DNA of 62,912 nt, the filler included, from Octopus bimaculoides (taxonomy: Eukaryota): assembly GCF_001194135.2 (NCBI RefSeq). It is 3 parts of 3 records of this genome, joined end to end, with 100 filler letters (N's around TTAATTAATTAA, not from the genome) between each part and the next. Parts side by side here need not be neighbours in the genome. Positions count along the whole stretch, not along the records: positions 1 to 28,441 come from NC_069008.1; positions 28,542 to 54,929 come from NC_068983.1; 1 more part is not named here. One strand, written 5' to 3'. Every line of letters begins with the position of its first letter. Within the stretch, counting starts at the first letter, position 1. The notes under the pieces were generated by a model. It had not been told where the DNA came from and made no database searches. It saw only the letters and a list, made by a program, of their open reading frames with translations. A program made the position numbers and the translations under genes. Below are positions 25,620 through 37,509 of the stretch, piece by piece.

Positions 25620-28075
25620 AAGGTGAAGAACATCAGGTGTATTGTTGGCGAATTTCAGGAAGCATGAAAGTTTAGAAGGATGTTGTGTTTCAAAAGTTAA
25701 CAACTGAGGCAGATAGTTTACTCCATGCTTCAGCAATTCTGAGCATGAAAAAATGGTTCCAAAAGTCATGGGTGCTGTGTTGTTTTTTTTTGATTTTGTA
25801 AGCATGTCCATGAGTGTTAGACATGGAATTAAAAAAAATGCCCAAGTTTATTGTTGGAAAACTGGTGGATAATCTTGAAGGTGTCTACCAGGTCAGTTGC
25901 CAGACGTCGGAACTTTAATGTGTCCATGCCCAGAGAAGCAAGACCTTCAGAGTATGGTGGATGCCTGATGGCAAGTATTCATCTGGTTGCACGTTTCTGA
26001 ACAGTTTCCAGGAGATTTATATGCTGAGCAAGACAGGGGTTCCAGACTGGTGATACAAACACTAAGTGTGGATGTACCACAGTGATAAACAGCTTTAAAT
26101 AGATAGCTGGAGAGCAGCTGACAAATATCTTACTGAGTGATGCTAAGACACCTTCAGCCTTCTTGACAATCTTCAAGATTTAGTTTGTCCAACACAGATC
26201 ATCGTTGACAATAATACCCAGGTCACGTTCCCTAACAGACTTCTTAAGATTGATATTGTTGAGGGAGTAAGTAAAAGCTGAGTTTTCCTCCCAAAATGCT
26301 TGATGACACACTTGTCCACAGCCAGCTTGAGTTGTCAGTTGGTAATCCATTGCTGCATTGTATCAAGTCTGATTGCAGGAAAGATCTCTAGCACATAGGA
26401 TCTGTTCTTTTTATCTCAAGGTACAACTTTTTGTCATCTGCATATTTCAACACTGTAACATCTTCAAGTTGGCATCTATATCATTAATATATGCAACAAA
26501 CAACAGGGATCCAAGAGCAGATCTCTTTTCAATTAAGAATGGACTTCAAGCTAATTATAGAGATCGTCTTTCACACCAATTGAAGAGAGTGTGACACAGA
26601 ATTCAAGGATTTAGTAAAGTCAAGATAGATAGCATTCATCCATGGGCCACCATTGGTAATGTCTTCAAGAAACTCAATGAATTGGTTACAGCAGCTGGAA
26701 TTAGGGATAAATCCAAATTGTGAGGGTTGAATAAGGCTGTGAGAATTCCTGAAGTTCCAGAGTGTTTCTCTGATACAAAACTTCCATCAGTTTGGCAATG
26801 TAGCTAGTAAGAGTGGTTAGATAGCAGTTGACAGGTGAGGTGTGATCACACTTTCTGAACAGGGGAACGACACTGGCAATTTTACACTGCTCTGGAGTGA
26901 AACAGTTATTAAGGTAGAATTGGAAGAAGAATGAAAGAATCTTTCATGTTTGAAAAGTAAATAAGTAACACCATCAAAACTAAGAGAAGCATAGTTGCAC
27001 TTATCTTTGAGGTGGCATTGCAGCATTGCAGGTGTAAATTCCACAGATGTTATAGATGTCAGAGGTGGTGAAGATGGTACATTTGAATTTTCAACAGTAA
27101 AACTGTCAGCATGGCATCCAGCAGTAAGTTCTGCACATTCTTTGGGATCATCAGTAATCCGACATGTGTGGGGATTGCAACTGAAGAGTGAGGTCTCTAC
27201 TTTAAATGTGCATATTTTCAGAACATTTTGCTGTCAGGGCTGATTGCTGTATGTTGTCCAAATTCAAGTGCTGACTTTTTTGTCACTTGCTTGAGATGGT
27301 CAGATGATCTATTGCACTTTTTATTCTCCGCTGTTGTATGTAGTCTGTATTCTTGTTCAGCATTACAATGTTCTTTCCTGGCAAATTGAACTGCTGCAGT
27401 CTCCCAAATTGCACTTCTGGGATCTTTAAAGCATTTGTGTGATGCTGCACATGTGATCCAGATTGAACTGAGGATGTTCTGAAGTGCAGTATTGACATCT
27501 TTGGAATCGTAAAATTCAAACCAGTTTGGGTGTTGTAAGTCAGCACAGTAATAGTTCCAGTCTACTTTGTTCTAGTCAAAACAAACAGTTTGGAGGTGGT
27601 ATTGCTTATGGTTCTTACCAATAAGAGATAGATTGGCAATGATCATAGCATGAGCAGACTTGCCTAAAGGTTCCTTGGTAGTGACATTGATAACCCGTTT
27701 CAGATGTAGTGGTAAAGAGCAGGTCCAAAGTGTTGTTACCTCTTGTTGGGGAGGTGACTATTTGGGACCAACTTGAATCCAGACTACATCGAGGAAATCA
27801 TTTGCACTTTGCAGCCAACGAAGGGTTTCCCAATCAATATCAGGGTAGTTGAAGTCATCAGCAATTAAAACATAAGTGGCTGTTTTCCTAGATGCAGGTC
27901 TGAGGATGTCAAAAAGCTGTGTGTCTTGATGGTAATTTGGTGGGTGGAAGACAACTCCAAGTAGCAGTGTTGACCTATTTGTGCATATATCACAAAAGAA
28001 TACCATTTGTCATTGGTTCAAATCATCTCAAAGAATTGCAGAAAAGTGTGACTGAATGTAGATTGTCACACCGTC
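25620..28075 (-). mobile_element. Decayed CR1-clade LINE ORF2 (APE + RT)
   Basis: ADDFNYPDIDW, PTRGNNTLDLLFT, QFGFIPNSSC, ERDLGIIVNDDL, VHPHLVFVSPVWNP..LLETVQKRATR and GHAYKI motifs. Confidence 0.85.
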
Positions 28076-28485
28076 CCCTCGACGATTAACATGATCTTTG
28101 AGAACAACAAGCTTCTTTCAGTTTCTTATTTCTTTACTGCCCCCAAGGGGCTACACACAGAGGGGACAAACAAGGACAGACAAACGAATTAAGTCGATTA
28201 TATTGATCCCAGTGCGTAACTGGTACTTATTTAATCAACCCCGATTAAAAGTCAACCTCGGCGGAATTTGAACTCAGAGCTTCTTTTAGTTTCTGTCTAC
28301 CAAATCCACTCACAAGACTTTGGTTGGCCCAAGGTTATAGTGGAAGACAATTGTCCAAGGTGCCACACTGAGAGTGAACCGGAAACCATGTGGTTGAGAA
28401 GTAAACTATTTACAACACAGCCATGCCTGCACCTGTATATANNNNNNNNNNNNNNNNNNNNNNNNNNNNNNNNNNNNNNNNNNNN

Positions 28486-28497
28486 TTAATTAATTAA
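28486..28497. other. Artificial assembly linker TTAATTAATTAA (stops in all six frames) inside a 100-bp gap
   Basis: Exactly 44 N + 12 nt + 44 N; identical construct at 54974-54985. Confidence 0.9.
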
Positions 28498-28565
28498 NNN
28501 NNNNNNNNNNNNNNNNNNNNNNNNNNNNNNNNNNNNNNNNNATATATATATATATATATATATAT

Positions 28566-29393
28566 ATGGGAGAATGTACGAAAAAACAACAACAGACGAG
28601 GACAGGTGGTGTAAATAACAAAAGGATGTATTAGTATGACGCTCGGGAATACGGAAAGTCTTTGACGTTTCGAGCTACGCTCTTCAACAGAAAGAATACG
28701 GAGACAAGGAGAAAAACACGGAGAAAAAAAATTGAATAGTGTTCAGTCAACGGTCAATCATAATAATGGCTGATCATGTTTTTGGTAATCTTGCTTCAGC
28801 TGCCACATGATGGTCATGGTTTAGTTTATTTCTTGGCTTCTTGGAGTGTCAAGAAAGATATTAAAATGAGGAGAATGAACATTCAAATTTCCCGTTTATT
28901 TTCAGCCAAAATAAAAGTCCGTATGTGTTAGGGAGGTAAGTAGTTCTGGATTTGGTGTAATTAGGGTAGATGTAGATCTATAATGTGAATGGTGTATGGG
29001 ATGTATTGGGGTTAGTGGTATTAATTGAAAAGTTAGTAGTGTTCTGTATTAAGTTATGTGTTCATATTGAGTTGTGGAAGATATTTATTGATGAAAGTTG
29101 CCTCTTTATTCATTCTTTGCTGTACTGAGGTGTTCTGTGAACATTGATAGAAGGGGAAAATTAGGAAATTGGGATTAAGGTTTCTAGCACCCCTTTCTAT
29201 GTGTTCACTGACCTATATCTGTCTGTTTTGTGGGTGACGGATTTGTTCTTTGTGGAGAATGGTTCTTCGACTGAGTGATATTCCTGTTTGGCCAATATAA
29301 TTATTACCACACCCTAAGCATGTAATGGCATAGATTAGGTTTCCCGAGGCACAGGTGAAATTTGATTTAATCTTAAATATTTCACCTTGTTTA
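28566..29393 (-). mobile_element. Penelope-like element 3' end: GIY-YIG endonuclease plus 3' UTR/pLTR (family P1)
   Basis: FTCASGNLIYAITCLGCGNNYIGQTG..L.RR..LHKEQIRHP...EATFINKYLPQLN; the UTR contains a hammerhead fold and ends at (TA)n. Confidence 0.85.
28659..28695 (-). ncRNA. Minimal type I hammerhead ribozyme-like motif
   Basis: UCUUU-CUGUUGA-A-GAGC(GUA)GCUC-GAAA-CGUC-AAAGA: 5-bp stem I, 4-bp stem II, palindromic ACGU in place of stem III, and a GUC cleavage triplet. Confidence 0.65.
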
Positions 29394-29748
29394 NNNNNNN
29401 NNNGTAATTAGGGTAGATGTAGATCTATAATGTGAATGGTGTATGGGATGTATTGGGGTTAGTGGTATTAATTGAAAAGTTAGTAGTGTTCTGTATTAAG
29501 TTATGTGTTCATATTGAGTTGTGGAAGATATTTATTGATGAAAGTTGCCTCTTTATTCATTCTTTGCTGTACTGAGGTGTTCTGTGAACATTGATAGAAG
29601 GGGANNNNNNNNNNNNNNNNNNNNNNNNNNNNNNNNNNNNNNNNNNNNNNNNNNNNNNNNNNNNNNNNNNNNNNNNNNNNNNNNNNNNNNNNNNNNNNNN
29701 NNNNNNNNNNNNNNNNNNNNNNNNNNNNNNNNNNNNNNNACTACACGT

Positions 29749-29799
<51 letters not shown>

Positions 29800-30399
29800 A
29801 TGCATATATAATTGAAAACCAAGAGGAGAGTGGAAATAATTCACATCCAGAATTTTTTTTATTAAAATGTTTCCTACAGTATATATAATGACCAACACGT
29901 GTCTCTCCTGCAGCAACTGCACATTGCTTTGTAGGCAATTATGCATCCAAGCCGCTGCACTTTAATCAAAGGTCCATCATTTACAACATTTTCAAAGAGA
30001 ACTAATTCAAACAAGCTTTCTGTGTTGGTATTCAGTTGAAGGTGATAGCGTTACTTTTCAATTGAATTGAATTCTGGTCCTATAATCACCTTTACTGGTA
30101 TTACAGTTGAATCGTGGTTTAAAATTTTTATTTATATTATGATTAATTGTAAGTTTTGTTTATATTTTACTGTATGGAATTTCAGAGCTATTTCACATAT
30201 TTTTGGTTTATACCCTAAATTAATATTGTTATTATTAGTATCATTTGCATAAGCTTCATTAATTATCACAATCAATATTTTAACTAGTATAATTACTATA
30301 GATGGTAAGGTATGTTTATTTAAATCGTTTAAATGTATGTTTTGTCCTGTGTAGACATTTCATAGTCTATTCCTCTCTAGCATTTATAACAGTAAATTT

Positions 30400-32100
30400 A
30401 GAAGTGAAAATTGGGTTTATTTCTTCCTCACAAAGTTACATATATTATTGCCTATTTTATAAGGTTTTGCATTACTAATTATTTCCCATATAATCGAAAA
30501 TATTTTGTTACTATCTTTTAGCGCCCAAATTAGCTTACAAAGGCTAGTAGTATTCATTTTGCGCCTATTTCTAAACGAACTTAAATGACTGATAGAAGTA
30601 CTTCCTATGCTCTGAGGTAAACTTACATCTGTACACGTTATTTTTATACCTGCAATAAGAATTAAGCGGACAGCTCTTGTTCCTTGCACAATCGCTTTTA
30701 ATAGATCTGCTACTTCTTTTACCAGTATGCACTTCACCTACATTTCTATATTCCCCTGACTTTCTTCTAAGCTTTTAGTCTTTTGCACATAGACAACATT
30801 CTGAGTAGTGCGCATGTTGTGAGTCACATCTTCTGCTTCCTAGCTAATGGGGAGTTCACTTGGGTCTCATCTATTTTATTGGTTCTCAAACCATAGTTTA
30901 TATCCTGGTACCTAGTTGTGTTACTTATGGTTTGTCCTCTCATGTTGACATTATTGTTATTTATTGATCTGTAATTATAATTATGGTTATTATTATTGTT
31001 ATTGTTCATATGGAAATTGATAAATTCACCAGCGTTTTGTGCTGCTATAATATATGCTAGATTTTCGCTAATCTATGTTTATTAAAAATTCTATAGTATT
31101 TACTGTCTTTAGGAAACTGTTTAGTCAATTCCGAATAAAACAATTTTCGTATATTAGAAATTATTTGTTTTCCGAATGGAATTAAATACCATTCGATATA
31201 GTTAGAGGTATCCATGTTACTGAGGTGTGTATTTCTATTTCAACCGAATGTGTAAACATGTGTAACCTATTCATCTGGTTCTTATCACGGCATTGGGTTT
31301 GCATCGTGCTGTTATACTTGACATTATATTTACCAGTTATTTGTATAGTATTATTTACGGAACTTAGGTATTAGTCACACCTATCTGAATGGGACCGCTT
31401 AGTATTTTACTTGGGACAGAATCATGTAAATTTTGCACTGTTCTTTTTGTTTCTAGGTACTCTATTATTGCATTGTAATTGCACAGACTTCCTATCTTTA
31501 ACTCTTCCTACTGTCTCTTCCTTTTGGTTAGTGGTGTTCTTCATGTTATGCATACTATTATGATTATTGTCAGGATGGCCCATCCGGTTACTTGTATTAT
31601 TTGCACTTTTAACACCGTTAAAGAATTTTGATTTTTCTCTATATTCCGCCTTCTCAAATGTGAAATTATAAACGTCTTCATTTAGTTTAAATACTCTTTC
31701 GTTCGTTGAGATGTTAGTAATGCGGATTTGTATATTTTCTACTTTAGATAGAGTTATACTTTTCGGGTGATTGCTATTTTTTATGAATGTATCTAAGGCT
31801 CGTATTCGGTTTATGATATGGCCTGTATATGCATGTACTAGGATCTAAATTAACATCAAGAAAGTTAATTGAGTCATGCCCTTCTTTCATTGGAGTTGAA
31901 ATACCTGCGCATAAAAAAAAAAAATTTACAAAATTCTTTTGTAGATTTTTCTATGCCCCAGTTTGAGGGGTTAAACAGGGTGAGAAATGAATCATCCTTG
32001 TATAGGCCCCATTCCTAGTTCGGAGAGTTCCTTATACAACCAGAATAAAATGTAAATCCTACTAAGTCTGTTACCTGTGCAGAATATGTTGGCTCCATTA
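30400..32100 (-). mobile_element. Decayed Penelope-like element (RT + Cys linker + GIY-YIG, family P2)
   Basis: AQVTDLVG, GLYKDD (YxDD at 31991-32002), INFLDVNLD..YRPYHKPNTSLRYIHK.SNHP, C..NKSCPLNSYC..NNVYRC and HLSSFRN..LCKLIWALK..AKPYKIG..CN. Confidence 0.8.
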
Positions 32101-33114
32101 TTATATCATTTCTATGTGTGCGTTTGTATGTATGTATGTATGTATGTATGTATGTATGTATGTATGTATGTATGTATGTATGTATGCATGTATGTATGCA
32201 TGTATGTATGTATGTATGTATGTATGTGTGTATGTCACTATTCGGTTTTATTTCAAGATTTACATATATATGTGTGTAAGTATGTATGTATATGATATAC
32301 TCCTCAGTCGAAGATGAGTTATGAGCGTTCAACTTTTTACCGAATGACCTGTGCAAAGGATTTGTTTATACGACGGTTTCTTTCAATTTCCGTCTACCAA
32401 ATCCACTCGCAGGGCTTTGGTTGTGCCGCACATGAGCTCAATCTCTCCAACAAGTCGACGTCGTCTGAACAGGTGCATTGTATGCTGAAGTGATGCCAGA
32501 GCAACGTGAATTGAAGTCTTTTGCCCAAGAGCGCAACACATCAGCCGGTCTAGGAACTGATATCACTATCGGTAGATCGCGAGTGCAACACCTTAGCCAC
32601 TAAGACTGAACCCGAGACCATGTCGTTGGTAAACAAGCTACTTACCACACAACCACTCCTGCGCCTGTAGTATATGTATGTATATACTTCAGAAGATCTT
32701 TTACGAATCTATGCTATGATTTAGTTAACTTCTTAAAACAATCAATATTATATATAAATGTTTTCCGGCCAAATTTTCCTTGTAGCTATTTGGAATAAAC
32801 CAGTTTCGATTAGTGTCTTTAGATGAGAGACATTGCAGTTGCAAATTTAATTTTGGTGCAGCCGAGTAGAAATGCGTTGTTTATGTCATCTGTTTGCAAT
32901 TCAAAATATAGCAGTCTGTGCATAGATAATCTAATTTATAGAAATAATATCTAAATTAATTCTATATTCCTGAGAGCTCTCAGCAAACAAAGTTATATAA
33001 ACATATACATGTATAAACACATGCACGCACATATATGTGTGCGTTTGTATTGTATGCATGTATATATGTATGTCTGCATGCTTGTATACATGTATGTACG
33101 AACATATGTATGTA

Positions 33115-34790
33115 TGTTGTTATTGAGTTTTATTTAAAGATTTCTTGCCAAAATAGAAAGAGCCGGTTTCTAACCTAGGTTCAAGGTTCCTTCTATGGAA
33201 TTTCAACATCGACAACAGGATGTTTTTGTATGTATGTATGTATGTATGTATGTATGAATGTATGCATGTATGTATATGTGCAGATTTGTATGCTTTGTTT
33301 TATGTATATACTCTCCTGCATATCAAACATGCTCATGTATAGTTAAATGATAAACTTCTGGAAAGTTTTATAGATTTTTACAGTTCCAGTGATGGCTTGG
33401 ATCAGCTAGTCTTTGAAATCAGCTTTCTCCTGGCCTTGAGAACCCTAATTTCTCAAGATTGGCATTTAGGCAGTGTGTTACATATCCCAGTTCCCTAATA
33501 ATTACAGGTATAAACCGGAACTTGCAATCTGGATAGAGTAACTGTGGATTTTTCAATAGTTCAGTTAGGCATTCTCTTTTTCGTTTTTCATCAACTTTAT
33601 GTTAACATCCACTGAGCAGCTAATTTCCACAACTGTACACAGTTTCTCTTCTCTATCCCAAATCATTATATCAGGTCTGTTGTGCTTAATTTTATTGAGG
33701 TTTTCACTGGGACATTCCACCACTATTCCTTTTTATTATGATTGGCTATGGTTTCCACCATGCTGTGGGTTCTTACTTCTTTGTCCTCGGGGTTATCCTT
33801 CTGACAGATTTCATTATAGAGTATCCAAGCTACAGCATCATGTCTCATCGGTAGATAATATCGTGATGACATTTTCGGATAACTGCTTATCCTGTGAGTG
33901 ATATCTTCAATATGAACTCCACAAAGACTGCATCGGTTGTCACATTTTACTGCTTTTCCTGCATCTCTGTCCCTTTTGTCCATCAGGTACTCTTCTATAC
34001 TTCCACTTCCTGGATTGCAAACGGATACTCTTCAAAGCTGGAGGTAGTAAGCTGGTTGTTTGTTCATGATAATACTGCTGTGATGATAAATGAAACTATC
34101 TAGTCGGTGCTTTCTGCTAACATATTCATGCATGACCAAACTCCAATCCTACATGCTTTGAGAATGTTGTAACCATGTCGAGGCTCTTTTTCGTCTTATG
34201 CATATTCTTTTCATAAAGTTTTGAGTCATCCTCAAAGAAATAGTGTGTAATTTTGGTATTTCCGTTTCATTGTGAACCAATGACATATCTTTCAGACTTC
34301 CTTAACATGAATGACAAGGGAGTTACAGAAAGTATAAACAACATCGCAGAGAATCTGTCCCCTTAGAATATGCCTCTGTGATACTGTATTCTATCAGTGA
34401 TAATACAGTCACTCATTGTGCTTGATTTTAAGATGGTGGCTCACAATGAAGTCAGGTCAGCTATAGCTTTGGCTATGCTCACTGGAACTTTAGGAAGTTG
34501 AAGGGATGCTGGCATCCATGAGTGGGGAACAGAGTCAAGGACCTTCATGTAGTCTAGCCACATTGAAATTAGCTTCCTCCTATGCTTCCGTACCTCGGAC
34601 ATCACAATTTTATTGATTAACAGTTGCTCGGTACATTCCAAGACTTCTTTCTTCCCAGCTGCTTTTTCGACTGTAACGATGTTATTGGTTTCACAATGCT
34701 CTTGGAGGAAGAGTTTTAAGCATGATGCATTGTTGTGATGAGAATTCTGACGCCCTTTTTGCGAGAGATAGACTGGTCCTAGTAAAGTAT
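33115..34790 (-). mobile_element. Decayed R4/Dong-clade LINE (RT, CCHC, RLE, 3' UTR) with internal deletion
   Basis: CTEQLLINK..MWLDYMKVLDSVPHSW, RGIF.GD, CSLCG..EDITH, RHDAVA, HNRPDIMIWD..VEISC and FIPVII.ELG. The 5' side is cut by the LTR at 34795. Confidence 0.85.
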
Positions 34791-34794
34791 AAAT

Positions 34795-35960
34795 TGTAAC
34801 GATCCGAGTGAGTTCGGAAAGTTTGGAGTTCGGAGTCGAACGAGGTTCTTGTGAGTTCGCCGTGAAGTCGGACGGCGTCGGTTGGTTATTTCACAAGGAA
34901 TATTGAGTGTTGTTTCGCAAATAGATTTGTTAGTTCGTTACATCGTTTCTACTGTTGTCTGGTTAACTTATTTATTGTACGCAACAAATTATGTTACAAC
35001 ATCTGGCGACGAGAGGGTTTCGAAGATCACGTAGCTTATTTAACAATTTGTTCATGATACAGCTTGTTAAATAATGGAGACCTACTAGCTGCCGCAGCTC
35101 AGTCGCAAATTCAACAACAAGGGCAGCAACAACTACAACAAAAACAATTATTAAAGCTGTAATCAAAGAAGTCCAAAAGTGAGGTAAGTTCGTTTCGCCA
35201 GATGGCGTTTTGAACTCTATTAATGAATTCATTTATAACCCAGAGGAGGGTATACCTTTTGCATCGTACTACAGAAGGTACGAGGAGATTGTTAAGCAAG
35301 ATTGCAAATCATGGTAGGACGAAAAAAAAGTGAGATTGTTATTGCAGAAATTTGCTCCGTTAGAGCATGAACGTTACTGTAATTTCATATTGCCCCCAAA
35401 ATCCCAGTGATATTGTTTTAAAGAAACAATAGAATTACTGTCTAACATAGTCAGTGATAAACTTCTGTATTTAACACTCGAATGGTGTATCGGAATATAA
35501 CGAAAAAAGTGAATGATGATTTTATCACAAACGCAGGAATAGTCAACAAGATGTGTGAAAGTTTTAAACTCAAAGAACTTACACCTGAGATGTCTTATTT
35601 TTGTATAAGGCCTTACGGCAAGCGAAGATGCAGAAATTCAGACAAGAATTCTTTCTAAATTGGATCAAGCGAACCAAGATCTAACCTTACAGTCCGTGGC
35701 AGTGGAGTGCCGAAAGATGGTAAACCTGAAACACGATATAGAAAAAATCAAGAAAAGGATTCCTCAAAAATACAGATATGCCGGCCGGAAAAGTACAACC
35801 AAAACAGAGCGCCGTACCCTAATCCATGTTATGGATGTGAGGAATACATTTCAGAAAAGACTGTCCATTTAAAAATCAAAATTTTAATAGTTAAAAAAAA
35901 AAAAATTGGTCACAAGAGTTCACACTATAGAACAACATTACGAAGGTCAAACATTAAAAC
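34795..35960 (+). mobile_element. Gypsy (Mag-like) LTR retrotransposon remnant: 5' LTR (~34795-34998/35001), PBS, decayed gag
   Basis: TGTAAC...GTTACA terminal inverted repeat; PBS TGGCGACGAG at 35004-35013; gag-like FIYNPEEGIPFASYYRRYEE..KVRLLLQK..EHERYCNFILP. Confidence 0.8.
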
Positions 35961-36110
35961 ATTAATCTTGCATATATATATATATATATATATAGGAAAA
36001 TGAAAAAAAGCCAGAATGCTGAACTGGAAGCATAATTTAATAAAGATTTTTTCTAACCGGTTTTCATTGCGATGAAGCAAATTATCAAGAAGAAGGAGAA
36101 TGAAAATGTT

Positions 36111-36139
<29 letters not shown>

Positions 36140-36145
<6 letters not shown>

Positions 36146-36575
36146 AGATTGATGTCTCGCAAAACGCAACCTTATTGGGCATAGCGCATATCTTAAGAGA
36201 AGTATTATGTGTCTGAGGTCTTTGTTGTGACCTGACAGATGACTAACGACTCCGGTGCATTTTGACCTACACTGTGTTACGAAGGAATGATAATAATACA
36301 AAAGATATGACAGGTTAGCTTGGGAAGTTAAACAGTTGTGTTCGATGAAAAAGGTGGTAGTAGTACCAGTAATTGTCGGAGGCCTGGGAACAGTGAGCAT
36401 AAATCTCGCGAAGTACGTGGGGCTGCAATAAGGGTGGAGCGCTTAAAGAAAATAGCACTGCTTGGAACCGCTCGATACTCCGGGAGGTGCACGAAAAATA
36501 AGAGGTGTTACCTTAGTCCACTGGTAGTGAACAGCTGACACCGTAGTACATCTCCAGCGTTAGAAGCTGTGCAAA
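36140..36575 (+). mobile_element. Two adjacent R4/Dong 3' ends from different families
   Basis: QNATLLGIAHILREVL* plus UTR (36140-36300), then a piece homologous to 39730-40020 ending in (TAA)n. Confidence 0.75.
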
Positions 36576-36576
36576 G

Positions 36577-36626
<50 letters not shown>

Positions 36627-37190
36627 NNNNNNNNNNNNNNNNNNNNNNNNNNNNNNNNNNNNNNNNNNNNNNNNNNNNNNNNNNNNNNNNNNNNNNNNNN
36701 NNNNNNNNNNNNNNNNNNNNNNNNNNNNNNNNNNNNNNNNNNNNNNNNNNNNNNNNNNNNNNNNNNNNNNNNNNNNNNNNNNNNNNNNNNNNNNNNNNNN
36801 NNNNNNNNNNNNNNNNNNNNNNNNNNNNNNNNNNNNNNNNNNNNNNNNNNNNNNNNNNNNNNNNNNNNNNNNNNNNNNNNNNNNNNNNNNNNNNNNNNNN
36901 NNNNNNNNNNNNNNNNNNNNNNNNNNNNNNNNNNNNNNNNNNNNNNNNNNNNNNNNNNNNNNNNNNNNNNNNNNNNNNNNNNNNNNNNNNNNNNNNNNNN
37001 NNNNNNNNNNNNNNNNNNNNNNNNNNNNNNNNNNNNNNNNNNNNNNNNNNNNNNNNNNNNNNNNNNNNNNNNNNNNNNNNNNNNNNNNNNNNNNNNNNNN
37101 NNNNNNNNNNNNNNNNNNNNNNNNNNNNNNNNNNNNNNNNNNNNNNNNNNNNNNNNNNNNNNNNNNNNNNNNNNNNNNNNNNNNNNNNNN

Positions 37191-37490
37191 NATCAGATTC
37201 CAGGAAACCCCAAAATGGCTGAAGTTCAAAAGATAGTGCTCATGGAAACTGCCCATATCCTACGTAAAATACTGTCTATGTGATCTCAAATTTTAAAGCA
37301 AACACATAATTTTCTTATGGTTTCTTAAACATTCACTTGAACAAAACTGTACAAATCCAAATATATGGTACCCTAGGCATAACACCTACATGAACTTCTA
37401 ACTTGTTGTCTCTTGAGGTCTCTGGGTGAGACTTGGAACCAACTTGTACAAATGCAAAACAAAAGTCAAACATAAATAATAATAATAATA
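37191..37490 (+). mobile_element. R4/Dong 3' end plus UTR with (TAA)n tail
   Basis: QIPGNPKMAEVQKIVLMETAHILRKILSM*; the UTR end recurs at 40067-40160. Confidence 0.85.
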
Positions 37491-37509
37491 ATAATAAAGA
37501 TAGTAAGAT

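Noticed and set aside
28486-28497. Perfect palindrome TTAATTAATTAA (also 54974-54985) as a biological site
   Set aside because: Centred in exactly 44 N on each side in both cases, so it is an inserted scaffold linker.
30627-30737. Apparent phase 1-1 EGF-like exon on the - strand (DCARNKSCPLNSYC..YR|GTAAGT)
   Set aside because: The cysteines are the linker preceding the GIY-YIG domain of the surrounding Penelope-like element.
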